A stretch of 28,117 nt of DNA from positions 1 through 28,117 of IMG/VR virus record IMGVR_UViG_3300012346_000372; one strand, 5' to 3'. The translations under genes and the position numbers were made by a program. This DNA comes from a virus. Taxonomy: Duplodnaviria; Caudoviricetes. The first letter of the stretch is position 1. Each line of letters starts with the position of its first letter. A model generated the notes under the pieces. It saw nothing but the letters and a program-made list of their open reading frames with translations, did no database searches and was not told the DNA's origin. Shown piece by piece: positions 17,837 through 26,407 of the stretch.

Positions 17837-19457
17837 AATATTTTTCGAGTTTAGTTTTTATTTTGTTGATAATATAAGCTTTTGTTCTTAAATTTGTACC
17901 TTCAAGCTCCGAACCTTGAATGCTTGAATATGGTTCTTTGATAATATTACGCATTGATTGTTCAAATTTTCCGTTTTTTTCTGTACGCTGAAAAGTTCCA
18001 AATGTGACTTCATGCCTTATGAATAAATCGAGGATCTGATTAATTAAAATAGTCCATGCAAAATTTTTGTCTTTTTCGATTCGAGTGCAATAATCAACTA
18101 TTTTTTTACCATTAGGCAAAGGTATTTCATCTACTAAAACAGCAACCTCATCTGTAATTGATTTTTCTTTCTTTGGTTCTTCATAGTCGCAATTCGGGCA
18201 AGTAATTTCATTTTTAACATAAATTATTCCGCAATTAGTGCATTGCTTTGTTTGTTCCAGAGCTTCGCGTTTTGGTTTTGGCTTTTCATTTGATGAATAA
18301 AAAATACTCTTCCAATCTATTTCATCTGACCATTTACCGTGAGTTTCAATGTTTCCACCTAAATCAATGACTTTAAAATGTGGCTTATAAATTGTTTCGC
18401 ATTTTCGACCGCCACGCCCCACCATTTGCAACCACAAAGAAAGTGATAGTGTAGCACGATTTATAATAACAGCTTGTATAGTTGGTTCGTCAAATCCAGC
18501 GGTCAATACTCCGCAATTTAATAAAATAGCGTCTGGGGTTTCTTTAAACCATTTTAAAATTGGCTTGCGTTCGGATTGCTTTGTATTAACAGAATCCAAC
18601 ATTCGTACATTCTCATAACCAGCATAAACAAAACTTTCAAATGTAGCTAAATTTGTTGATGTTGATGAATTGAAAACTATTGTTTTTTCTCCTTTACAAA
18701 TAGATTCGTAATTTTTTACAACGTTTGGCTGTTTAAAAAATGCATCAGTTGACTTAGTATCATAGTCACCTGTTTTGCTGTCTATTGAAAATTCCGAACG
18801 ATTACAGCCGCCTATTTGGTAATTCAAGTCCCTTACTAATCTATCGTTTAGTATCAACTCTGAAATTGATTGCCCTAAAATAATATGTTCGTAAATTTCA
18901 GAATATGAAAATTTGCGGGTATATTCGTAAGTTTCGTAGTTGCAACATTCGGTTATTATTTCGTGTTCTTTTTTACAGCGGTGGCAACGTGTGAAATTTA
19001 TTTTTTTTAAACTTGAAGGAGTTGCTGTGACTGCTAAAATCTTTGCTGTTGTAAAATAGTCAAATACTTCTTTATGTAAATCTAGATGCGCTTCATCGAT
19101 AATGATAAGTCCAATTTCTTTAACAAACAAAGGATTATTTTTTAATCTATTTTTTAGCGTTTGAATCATTCCTACATAAGCATTAGCATTATGTTTTAAT
19201 GATTTTTTTGAAGCAATAACGCTTTCACAAGATACACCAATATTACGTAATGTTTCTAATGTTTGATTAATTAATTCTTCGCGATGTGCTAATACTAAAA
19301 TTTTCTTTTGATATTCTTTTATAAATCGTTTAGCTATAAAAGAAAATACAGCCGTTTTTCCACCTCCTGTCGGCAACTGAAATAAAAGTCGGTCTTTAGT
19401 TTTAAATTCCGTAAATATTTCATTAATTGATTTTTGTTGGTCTAAATATGGTTTCAT
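17820..19457 (-). CDS. SF2 DEAH-box helicase (RadD/YejH-like) with Zn ribbons
   Basis: LPTGGGKT, DEAH, TATP, LTAGFDEP, QMVGRGGR, CxxC...CPxC. ATG at 19457 preferred because the 19475 start lies inside the leader hairpin. Confidence 0.9.
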   Translation of the reverse strand: MKPYLDQQKSINEIFTEFKTKDRLLFQLPTGGGKTAVFSFIAKRFIKEYQKKILVLAHREELINQTLETLRNIGVSCESVIASKKSLKHNANAYVGMIQTLKNRLKNNPLFVKEIGLIIIDEAHLDLHKEVFDYFTTAKILAVTATPSSLKKINFTRCHRCKKEHEIITECCNYETYEYTRKFSYSEIYEHIILGQSISELILNDRLVRDLNYQIGGCNRSEFSIDSKTGDYDTKSTDAFFKQPNVVKNYESICKGEKTIVFNSSTSTNLATFESFVYAGYENVRMLDSVNTKQSERKPILKWFKETPDAILLNCGVLTAGFDEPTIQAVIINRATLSLSLWLQMVGRGGRKCETIYKPHFKVIDLGGNIETHGKWSDEIDWKSIFYSSNEKPKPKREALEQTKQCTNCGIIYVKNEITCPNCDYEEPKKEKSITDEVAVLVDEIPLPNGKKIVDYCTRIEKDKNFAWTILINQILDLFIRHEVTFGTFQRTEKNGKFEQSMRNIIKEPYSSIQGSELEGTNLRTKAYIINKIKTKLEKYYAQRT

Positions 19458-19461
19458 AAAA

Positions 19462-19566
19462 ATAAAAAATCCCATCGGTTTGAAGGTTGCAGCTTCTCCC
19501 CGATAGGATAATAATAATTTCTTTAATTGTAAAAAGCCTGCAACGAATTTTACTTTTACAAAAATA
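19462..19566 (-). promoter_or_regulatory. Promoter plus structured 5' leader A (loop-loop pairing with terminator-like hairpin)
   Basis: TATTTTTG box 19559-19566; GTTGCAG 19538-19544 complementary to loop CTGCAAC 19486-19492 of hairpin 19469-19509; U tract follows. Confidence 0.7.
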
Positions 19567-19638
19567 CAAAAAAAACCGAACTATAAAACATATAGGTCGA
19601 AAGTTTTTATTAAAAGTTTTAGATTTTCAATATTTGTG

Positions 19639-19986
19639 CTAAAAGGGTAAATCGCTTATAGGTTCATTACTTAAATTTTGTGGAGTTTCTACAACAGGTG
19701 CTAATACAGGTGCATTGCTTTCTTGCTTTTCAATTTTCCAGCCATTTAAAGAAACATAAAACTTTGAATTATATTCATTCCCTCTAATGTTAATTCCCAC
19801 TTTTACATCGTCACCAACTTTGTATTTATCTAACACACTACATTTATCTTGTACAAAATCAATAGGAATTTTTTGTTTATATTGTTCGTCTGTTTCCACA
19901 ACTAATAATCTTTTTTTGAAAGTCCCAGCACTTCCTACAATTTCCTCATTACCTATTACGATAATTTTTCCAATTATTTCACTCAT
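19639..19986 (-). CDS. DUF3127-type single-stranded DNA-binding protein
   Basis: FKKR.LVVET.EQY.Q.I..DF.QDK...L, NIRGNEY, L.GWKIE, C-terminal DLPF tail. Confidence 0.8.
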   Translation of the reverse strand: MSEIIGKIIVIGNEEIVGSAGTFKKRLLVVETDEQYKQKIPIDFVQDKCSVLDKYKVGDDVKVGINIRGNEYNSKFYVSLNGWKIEKQESNAPVLAPVVETPQNLSNEPISDLPF

Positions 19987-19990
19987 AATT

Positions 19991-20518
19991 TTAAATATTT
20001 ATATATGTTAATTTTCTTAATATTTTACTCATTGCTGTATTACTTATGCTATAATGTTTAGCTAATGTAATATTATTCCACCCTAACTCGTGCATTTTTC
20101 TAGCTGTTTTAACTTGTTCATTAGTTAATTTTGAATTATGGTGTTTGTCAGCTAAATTAGGATTACATAAATTATTTTTAACTGCGTGTATTTGATTTTC
20201 TTGATTAGTACACCACTCTAAATTTTCTACTCTATTATCAGTCTTAATTCCATTAATATGATTTACTTGTGATTTATTTTTAGTATTTTGTATAAAAGCC
20301 AAAGCTACTAATCTATGAATACCAGTATTAAATCTTTTTTTATTAATACTCAAGCAAACTCTTAAATAACCTTTTTTGCATTTTTGTTGCTTTAAAACTC
20401 TTCCAGTTTGTTTTCCACTTCCTAATCTGTTTTCGCAAAAATGGTCTAAACTTCTAACTATTCCTAAATTTGAAACTTCATAATTTTCAAATCCTTCAAT
20501 TTTTTTCCAAACTTCCAT
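19991..20518 (-). CDS. NUMOD4-HNH homing endonuclease with C-terminal HTH
   Basis: EVWKKIEGFENYEVSNLG.VRS (NUMOD4); HRLVA.AFI, VNHINGIKTDNRVENLEWCT..EN..HA; ATG at 20518. Confidence 0.92.
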   Translation of the reverse strand: MEVWKKIEGFENYEVSNLGIVRSLDHFCENRLGSGKQTGRVLKQQKCKKGYLRVCLSINKKRFNTGIHRLVALAFIQNTKNKSQVNHINGIKTDNRVENLEWCTNQENQIHAVKNNLCNPNLADKHHNSKLTNEQVKTARKMHELGWNNITLAKHYSISNTAMSKILRKLTYINI

Positions 20519-20523
20519 AAAAT

Positions 20524-20617
20524 TAAAAACCACCAAATCAAAAGGTCGTCGTCTTTATCATTGGTGGAATTTGTATAATATTGTTAATGTAGCGACGACT
20601 CTACTAATGCAAATATA
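20524..20617 (-). promoter_or_regulatory. Promoter plus structured 5' leader B (same architecture as leader A)
   Basis: TATATTTG 20610-20617; GTCGTCG 20593-20599 complementary to loop CGACGAC of hairpin 20530-20567; U tract follows. Confidence 0.7.
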
Positions 20618-20630
20618 CAAAATATATTTA

Positions 20631-21254
20631 TTACTTCCATTGTTTATTTGTATTAATTTTGTTAATATACTCTTTTTTAATTTCGATTGCTTCTGCTAAT
20701 CTTGATTTAATTAATTCAATCATAACCTCGTCACGTTCAACGATAATTTCGTGGTGATATTCTGTACCTTCATGAATAAGATAATTAAAGAAATATGCTT
20801 TATTTCTATTTGTGCATAACATTTGCATTTGCATTTGTGCGTAATACTTTTTATCTACTTCATTAGTTGCTACCAATTCAAAAAAAGTTGTTGATTTCGG
20901 ACATTTAATTTCTAAAACAGCATTGTCAGAAACTAATCCGTCTGGACTTGCTCCAGCGTGTTCATTAAATTTAAAAAAACTACAATTTGTAACATCTAAA
21001 AATTCAAGTTCTTTCAACTCTTTGAATTTAGCAAAAGCAAGCGGTTCTAAATTTATTCCTCTTTCCATGTCGAAAGATACAAAATTCTCTTCCATTTCTC
21101 CGTAAAGTTCTTCAATTGCTTTTTCGATTGCGTATGTTTTACCAGTTTCACCAAGTCCACGAACTCCTAAAAGTTTTATAATTTCGCTTGCTGAAAATTT
21201 ACCATAACGTTCTATTTTCCAATTTTCTGAACGTTGCTCGTTATTGCTTTGCAT
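20631..21254 (-). CDS. YqaJ/lambda-exonuclease family protein
   Basis: QRSENW..ER.G..SAS, MERG..LEP.A, GASPDGL, LEIKCP, YYAQMQMQM. Confidence 0.9.
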   Translation of the reverse strand: MQSNNEQRSENWKIERYGKFSASEIIKLLGVRGLGETGKTYAIEKAIEELYGEMEENFVSFDMERGINLEPLAFAKFKELKELEFLDVTNCSFFKFNEHAGASPDGLVSDNAVLEIKCPKSTTFFELVATNEVDKKYYAQMQMQMLCTNRNKAYFFNYLIHEGTEYHHEIIVERDEVMIELIKSRLAEAIEIKKEYINKINTNKQWK

Positions 21255-21759
21255 ATTCTTTAAATTTTGTTTCCATTTCTGGAGTTAGTTCATATTTAGT
21301 TTTTATTTGTTCAATTGTGGCTTTTGCAGTTTTAGCAGCTTCAAAGTTAGCTTCTGTAAAAATAGGTAATTCTTTATTCAATATTGGTTGCAAAGGTTTT
21401 ATCCTTATACCATCGGTTATTGCTCCAAGCATACGAACATTTCTATCGACAAAAAGCTCGATTTTCATTCCTTTCCAATTCTCAATAACGTGACATTCTT
21501 TTCCGATTAGTCCGTTTTTCTTTGCAAATCCAGCAAGTACTTTGTTGTTTGTTGAATTTAGTTTTAAAGGTTTTACAGGTTCTAAAAAGTAGCAAAATAT
21601 TCCATCCATTTTAGTTCCTGAAACATCAACGCCTTGTTCATACTTTACTTCTTTAATTGTAAATATTAATTTTTTACCTTCTGTTTCAAGTGCATCTAAA
21701 TCAGCACTTGCTAAGTGAGTTGATTTTCTGAATTTTCTCCAGTCTGTTTTTTGTTCCAT
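21241..21759 (-). CDS. Hypothetical protein, candidate recombination partner of the exonuclease
   Basis: 172 aa coupled to the exonuclease; KPLKLNSTN...IENWKG..I.L motif. Confidence 0.5.
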   Translation of the reverse strand: MEQKTDWRKFRKSTHLASADLDALETEGKKLIFTIKEVKYEQGVDVSGTKMDGIFCYFLEPVKPLKLNSTNNKVLAGFAKKNGLIGKECHVIENWKGMKIELFVDRNVRMLGAITDGIRIKPLQPILNKELPIFTEANFEAAKTAKATIEQIKTKYELTPEMETKFKEYAKQ

Positions 21760-21782
21760 GTTTTTAAAGTTTTAAATTTTGT

Positions 21783-21790
21783 CAAATATA
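21783..21790 (-). promoter_or_regulatory. Putative -7 promoter box
   Basis: TATATTTG 23 nt upstream of the ATG at 21759; the plus-strand 15-mer CAAATATACAAAATA is shared with the 20610 promoter. Confidence 0.6.
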
Positions 21791-21829
21791 CAAAATATAT
21801 TATTATTTTATACTTTTTTATGTAAAATT

Positions 21830-22585
21830 TTAAAATAAATTTAACTGTTCTTTACCTTCATAAATATTTAATATGTGTTTATATAAATCAATAGGCACTT
21901 TTGAACGCTCGCAATAGTCTTTTTTAATATTATAATCTTCAATATTAATAAGTCCTTTTTTAACTTTATTTAAAAAATTATTATTTGTTGTTATTCTATT
22001 ATTATTATTTTTAATATTAGTTTTTTTTAATAACATATTTTTATTTGAAAAAATAGTTGTAGGCTTTTTACTGAAATTAATTTTGTCATAACTATCATAA
22101 TAACATTTATTTAAATATCCTTTTAGATTGTTGTATTTATTTAAATATTTAAAAATCATACTACTACTTCCATTTTCAATACACCATAAATCTGGAGTAA
22201 ATTTTTTAACTATTTCCGCTGTATAAAAAGCTGTTTTTTGCCCTAATAATCTTCTTTGTTCAAAAACTTTTTTAAACTTATTAGACTTAAAATTTCTTTG
22301 CCAATATAAATTATGTTCGTTAAAATTTCTTTTATAAAGCCTTGTAAGACCTATACTAACATCAACCCAAGTTTCGCAAGGTGGACTTGCAAAAATAATA
22401 TCAGGTTTTGGTAATTTTTCTAATTTAGTTAAACAACTTTTTTTACTTAAATCCATTTTAATAAAGTTATCAGTTACAGCTGATGAACTTGGCAATCCTA
22501 TTGAATAAACAATATATTCATCTGAATTTAATTGTTGAGTTATAGCGGTTTCAGAATCAAATAAACTCCATATTACTTTTTTCAT
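21830..22585 (-). CDS. C5-cytosine DNA methyltransferase-like protein
   Basis: DIIFASPPCE (motif IV), IENG (motif VI), KKPT, ERSKVP..L; motif I degenerate (LFDSET). Confidence 0.7.
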   Translation of the reverse strand: MKKVIWSLFDSETAITQQLNSDEYIVYSIGLPSSSAVTDNFIKMDLSKKSCLTKLEKLPKPDIIFASPPCETWVDVSIGLTRLYKRNFNEHNLYWQRNFKSNKFKKVFEQRRLLGQKTAFYTAEIVKKFTPDLWCIENGSSSMIFKYLNKYNNLKGYLNKCYYDSYDKINFSKKPTTIFSNKNMLLKKTNIKNNNNRITTNNNFLNKVKKGLINIEDYNIKKDYCERSKVPIDLYKHILNIYEGKEQLNLF

Positions 22586-22695
22586 TTATTTCTTAATATT
22601 TTAAAATATAGTTGATTTATACGTTCAGAATTCACGCCTCTTTTATAGTAGAAGTTAATTACTCTTTTAATTCTTTGTAATGGTGTTTGTTTCAT
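22582..22695 (-). CDS. Small basic hypothetical protein (37 aa)
   Basis: MKQTPLQRIKRVINFYYKRGVNSERINQLYFKILRNK*; ATGA overlap with the next gene. Confidence 0.6.
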   Translation of the reverse strand: MKQTPLQRIKRVINFYYKRGVNSERINQLYFKILRNK

Positions 22696-22696
22696 T

Positions 22697-24067
22697 TTAT
22701 TTGTAATTATCAGTTAATGTAAATCCTTTTAACTCTCCGTATGCTTTGTTTAAAAGATACCAATCGTTATCATTTTTAAATTTAAAATGTGCCGTTCCTT
22801 TTTTGAAAAATTTTACTTCAAAGAATCCGAACTTATACCAAGTATTAGCAACTAATGCAAACTTATCACGATTGAATCCATACAGCCCCCCTATTGTACT
22901 ATAATTAGTAGCTGTAATGTTACATAGTACTTTAGTTAAATCATCAATTTTACGACCTCCAAATGAATCATATCTTATTTCAAGTCTGTTGTATTCAAAT
23001 TTAGCTATTCCATCAACAATAAACTTTTTGTTAAGCATGTAACCTGAATTAGTTTTCCAACCTTCAACTCCAAACCTGTTTTCGTGGGTGTACTTTGTGA
23101 AATTATCAACTGCTTCTTCTAAGGCTCTGTTAAAAGTTTCTTGACGTGTTCCTACAATTATTTCAAACATTTTGTAAATATTACGCATTGTAAATGGGAC
23201 TTTCTCTTGCGTTTCAACAAACTTGTTAATGTCTTTCATTACTCCAGAAGTAACATATTTTTCCATATTCATTTTACGGAAAATGTGGTTCCACGATTGT
23301 TTTTGGATTAACTTTCCAAAAGATTTTTTATCTGTAATTGTTTTATCGTAACCAATACTTAAAGATATACTACTCATTCCAATTTGATTAGTCATTATAT
23401 TAACAGAATCAATACTTTGACGCATTGCATCAAATAGTTTCATTGTGCCTACATAACGATTAACTAATGCACGAACTTCATTATATTGCATAATTCCATC
23501 GCCTTGCATTTCTTCTTCTTCCTCTTCCATAAAAAATCCTTCAAATTCAAAATCAGTTGAAGATATAGGTTTAAATAATCGAATTAATCCAATATCAATA
23601 CCTGTTTTTCTTTCAGCAGTTGAAAAGCAATCACCAATATTAGTACCACTACCATAATCTCGAATTAAATTACTTAATTGTCTATGTGCGTAATCTTTTT
23701 CAATTGTTGCGTAATTACAAAGTGCTACAATTTCGCAACCTTCTGGGGCAATATCCCACGCGTGCATTATGTGTCGGTCTGCATTGCTAAAAGGTGGGTT
23801 CATATAGATAGCGTTTATGTGACTTATTTCTTCTGGTTTACACTCAAAAAAATCCCCTCCTATAATGGAACACTTATTTTTTAAAACAGCTCTACAATTA
23901 TCGTTTATTTCAATTGCTAAAACTTCTTTAGCTCCGTTGTTTTGGCAATATTCAACTATATGCCCAAAACCTGCAGAAGGCTCTAATATAATTTTGTTTT
24001 TGCAATCCAATTGCATTAATTCAATTGCTTCTGGTGGTGTAGGGTAAAATTCGTTATGAAACATCAT
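22697..24067 (-). CDS. N6-adenine DNA methyltransferase with DUF4942-like C-terminal domain
   Basis: FYPTP, ILEPSAGFG, MNPPF; C-terminal WKTNS...NKKFI and FFKKGTAHFKF. Confidence 0.85.
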   Translation of the reverse strand: MMFHNEFYPTPPEAIELMQLDCKNKIILEPSAGFGHIVEYCQNNGAKEVLAIEINDNCRAVLKNKCSIIGGDFFECKPEEISHINAIYMNPPFSNADRHIMHAWDIAPEGCEIVALCNYATIEKDYAHRQLSNLIRDYGSGTNIGDCFSTAERKTGIDIGLIRLFKPISSTDFEFEGFFMEEEEEEMQGDGIMQYNEVRALVNRYVGTMKLFDAMRQSIDSVNIMTNQIGMSSISLSIGYDKTITDKKSFGKLIQKQSWNHIFRKMNMEKYVTSGVMKDINKFVETQEKVPFTMRNIYKMFEIIVGTRQETFNRALEEAVDNFTKYTHENRFGVEGWKTNSGYMLNKKFIVDGIAKFEYNRLEIRYDSFGGRKIDDLTKVLCNITATNYSTIGGLYGFNRDKFALVANTWYKFGFFEVKFFKKGTAHFKFKNDNDWYLLNKAYGELKGFTLTDNYK

Positions 24068-24222
24068 TTCAATAAGTATTTAATTTTTTTATTTTTTATT
24101 TCATCTGGTGTATTATTTGCCACTTCAATAGCTTTCAATCTGCTATCTTTTTGGATTTCGTAAGCAGTCGGTATTCTTTTACCTACTGCTACTATTGTTT
24201 TACGTTTCGATAATTTTCCCAT
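24064..24222 (-). CDS. Small hypothetical protein (52 aa)
   Basis: MGKLSKRKTIVAVGKRIPTAYEIQKDSRLKAIEVANNTPDEIKNKKIKYLLK*; ATGA coupling to the MTase. Confidence 0.55.
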   Translation of the reverse strand: MGKLSKRKTIVAVGKRIPTAYEIQKDSRLKAIEVANNTPDEIKNKKIKYLLK

Positions 24223-24721
24223 ATTCTTTAAAATCTTCGTATGTCCATTTTGTATAAACTTTATCGTTTAAATAAGTTCTTTTTTTTCTTAAATTAGTAG
24301 CAACTTCTAAAATGTGAGGTTTTTTAATTTTTGGCTTTATTTCGTCTGTTTTATTTTTACTAATCGTGACAATGTTTGGTTTTGATAATCTTTTTACTTT
24401 AACTCTTGAAGCATTATAATCGTTAATTTCTTTAATTTTTGCTTCTAAAAATTCATTTGATTTTTGAAGTAATGACTTATCTTTATTTTGATAGCATTCT
24501 AAAATTAATTTGAAATAAATATCATCTTTGTAACTGTTGTAAGTCCTTAAAATATAAAATACACTGCTCCTATCTTTTTTAATATTTTTAGCTATTTCTA
24601 CAATACTCATAGTTTCAATGTTTTCTTTTGCATAAATAGCTCTTAAATAAATAAATAATTTATCACGTTTATTTGTTGTTATGTCTATGCCGTAAAATTC
24701 TTTAATTTCAAATGGTGTCAT
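24200..24721 (-). CDS. DnaA C-terminal (domain IV)-like HTH protein
   Basis: DI....R....YLRAIY...SIVEIAKNIKKDRSSVFY resembles the DnaA_C/TrpR-like HTH. Confidence 0.55.
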   Translation of the reverse strand: MTPFEIKEFYGIDITTNKRDKLFIYLRAIYAKENIETMSIVEIAKNIKKDRSSVFYILRTYNSYKDDIYFKLILECYQNKDKSLLQKSNEFLEAKIKEINDYNASRVKVKRLSKPNIVTISKNKTDEIKPKIKKPHILEVATNLRKKRTYLNDKVYTKWTYEDFKEYGKIIET

Positions 24722-24950
24722 CAGAGTTTATTTTAGATTCGTAAATGTGGTAAGTTTCAGTTATTACAATGGTTTTATTGTATTGTATAAATGCTATTAA
24801 AACTTGATTAAAGTCGTAAAAGTTTTCATAAAATTTATTTTTCCAAACTTTGTCAATTGGTTTTATATTTGCTTTCTTACAAATAGTATTAAATCTGTCA
24901 TAGTTAATTCCTAATTTGTCGCATACTTTAGTTGTACTTAATAATTCCAT
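24708..24950 (-). CDS. Small HTH (excisionase/MerR-like) protein
   Basis: LLSTTKVCDKLGI N-terminus. Confidence 0.5.
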   Translation of the reverse strand: MELLSTTKVCDKLGINYDRFNTICKKANIKPIDKVWKNKFYENFYDFNQVLIAFIQYNKTIVITETYHIYESKINSDDTI

Positions 24951-25321
24951 TACTCTAATTCTAAAATTTTCATTACTTCTTCAGGTCTTTTTGCGTACTC
25001 TTTTAGTATTAAATCCATTTGATTATAATCTGTTAAAACTCTTTTACTCATTGTTTCAAAAAGATTTTCCATACTTTTAAATATTTCATCTACTTTCTGC
25101 GTATCTACATCATCTACCTTTTCAAACTCTTTACGCTCGGCATTGATTAAGATGTTAATACAAGGTCGTAAAACCTCTTTTAAACGCCCTTTGTAGTATT
25201 GACTATGCTTGAGTATTTCGTTGCAATGTAAAGCGTACTGATTAGCTAAAATGCTTTTCGCTAATGCTGTATTGAATATTACTTCTAAATATTCTTGTTG
25301 TGTCATTTCTTTATTTATCAT
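24950..25321 (-). CDS. Hypothetical protein
   Basis: 123 aa coupled ORF. Confidence 0.6.
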   Translation of the reverse strand: MINKEMTQQEYLEVIFNTALAKSILANQYALHCNEILKHSQYYKGRLKEVLRPCINILINAERKEFEKVDDVDTQKVDEIFKSMENLFETMSKRVLTDYNQMDLILKEYAKRPEEVMKILELE

Positions 25322-25443
25322 AATTTCAAACTATTTTTATAGTTCTCAAAAAACTGATCTAACAATATTATTTCATTTGGTGTTAGCTCGTTAAATGATT
25401 TTCCGTTAACGAGCCATTTTCCTGCAATCAATTCAATTCGCAT
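25318..25443 (-). CDS. Small hypothetical protein (41 aa)
   Basis: MRIELIAGKWLVNGKSFNELTPNEIILLDQFFENYKNSLKL*; ATGA coupling. Confidence 0.55.
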   Translation of the reverse strand: MRIELIAGKWLVNGKSFNELTPNEIILLDQFFENYKNSLKL

Positions 25444-25583
25444 ATCTCTCTTATTTTTACAAATGGGTTATTTTCTCTAAAAGCCTTAAAACATTCATCG
25501 AAGTTGAAAGCGAATATTTCCTTTTCGCAATCTATACAATCGTCATTTTTATGGCGCCAGTAATATATTTTAAATTTTTTCAT
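25428..25583 (-). CDS. Small hypothetical protein (51 aa)
   Basis: MKKFKIYYWRHKNDDCIDCEKEIFAFNFDECFKAFRENNPFVKIREICELN*; fills the gap between neighbours. Confidence 0.55.
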   Translation of the reverse strand: MKKFKIYYWRHKNDDCIDCEKEIFAFNFDECFKAFRENNPFVKIREICELN

Positions 25584-25797
25584 ATCTTATTTTTTTTTCA
25601 AATCGTTCAAACCATTGTTTTTCATTAAATTCATCTCCAAAAGATAAGTATTCTTTACAAGAAGTAATTATTCTTAAAACTTCTTCCTCACTATACAATT
25701 TCTTATCTTGTTCAGCTTGCCATTTAGCACCTTGTTCAAAACCATCTTTAAAATAACGTTGTTGAATTTCTTCAAATGTTTCTTTATTCTCCATCAT
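25570..25797 (-). CDS. Hypothetical phage protein
   Basis: FEQGAKWQAEQ..YSEEEV motif, recurrent in Bacteroidota phage early genes. Confidence 0.6.
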   Translation of the reverse strand: MMENKETFEEIQQRYFKDGFEQGAKWQAEQDKKLYSEEEVLRIITSCKEYLSFGDEFNEKQWFERFEKKIRYEKI

Positions 25798-25999
25798 TAA
25801 ATAAATTATCTACATTTTCAATATTTGTTGGTTCTCCTGTTGTTTCCTGCATTAAAAAGATAACGCTTTCAAATCTTAAGTTAGTCCAAGCAACCTCACT
25901 TTTCAATTCACATATTAGTTTTTTAGCTGTAAATCTGTAAGGGCAAGTTTTTAGTTTTGTTCTATTTTCCTTACTTAATTTTTTCCAAAGTGTTTTCAT
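25784..25999 (-). CDS. Hypothetical protein, paralog of 26001-26222
   Basis: MKTLWKKLSKENR..L...PY....W.NL. Confidence 0.6.
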   Translation of the reverse strand: MKTLWKKLSKENRTKLKTCPYRFTAKKLICELKSEVAWTNLRFESVIFLMQETTGEPTNIENVDNLFNDGE

Positions 26000-26000
26000 G

Positions 26001-26222
26001 TTATTTGTTGTTAAAAAGCTCGTATAAAAGTGTTATAAAATCTTTATCGTAAGCAGTTAAATCGAGAAGTATCGTGTTTGAAGTTGATACTGTTAAATTA
26101 TTCCAGCCGAAAGTATTTTTAAGGTTTGAAATAATACTACTATATAAAGTAGGGTATGTTTTTTGGTTCTCTAATAAAATTAATTGATTTTCTTTTGATA
26201 ATCGTTCCCAAAGTGTTTTCAT
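26001..26222 (-). CDS. Hypothetical protein, paralog of 25784-25999
   Basis: MKTLWERLSKENQ..L...YP....W.NL. Confidence 0.6.
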   Translation of the reverse strand: MKTLWERLSKENQLILLENQKTYPTLYSSIISNLKNTFGWNNLTVSTSNTILLDLTAYDKDFITLLYELFNNK

Positions 26223-26241
26223 TATTTTTTAGTTTTAAAGA

Positions 26242-26406
26242 TTAATAAAGATTATAGTTTTTTATATGATTAATAGCTTCATTAAAGCTATAAAAACATT
26301 TATTTTCATATTTATTTAATTTTACAAATAAATAATATTCATCATAAAATTTAACTATTTTACATTTTGTGTTTTCAAAAGCTGTAAATTCAAATACTTG
26401 GTCCAT
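26242..26406 (-). CDS. Small hypothetical protein (54 aa)
   Basis: MDQVFEFTAFENTKCKIVKFYDEYYLFVKLNKYENKCFYSFNEAINHIKNYNLY*; flanked by 19-bp direct repeats. Confidence 0.5.
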   Translation of the reverse strand: MDQVFEFTAFENTKCKIVKFYDEYYLFVKLNKYENKCFYSFNEAINHIKNYNLY

Positions 26407-26407
26407 G

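Noticed and set aside
19458-20536. Longer starts for the helicase (19475) and HNH (20536) given in the ORF track
   Set aside because: Both fall in the 3' arm of the leader hairpins; downstream ATGs (19457, 20518) match domain starts and A/T-rich initiation context
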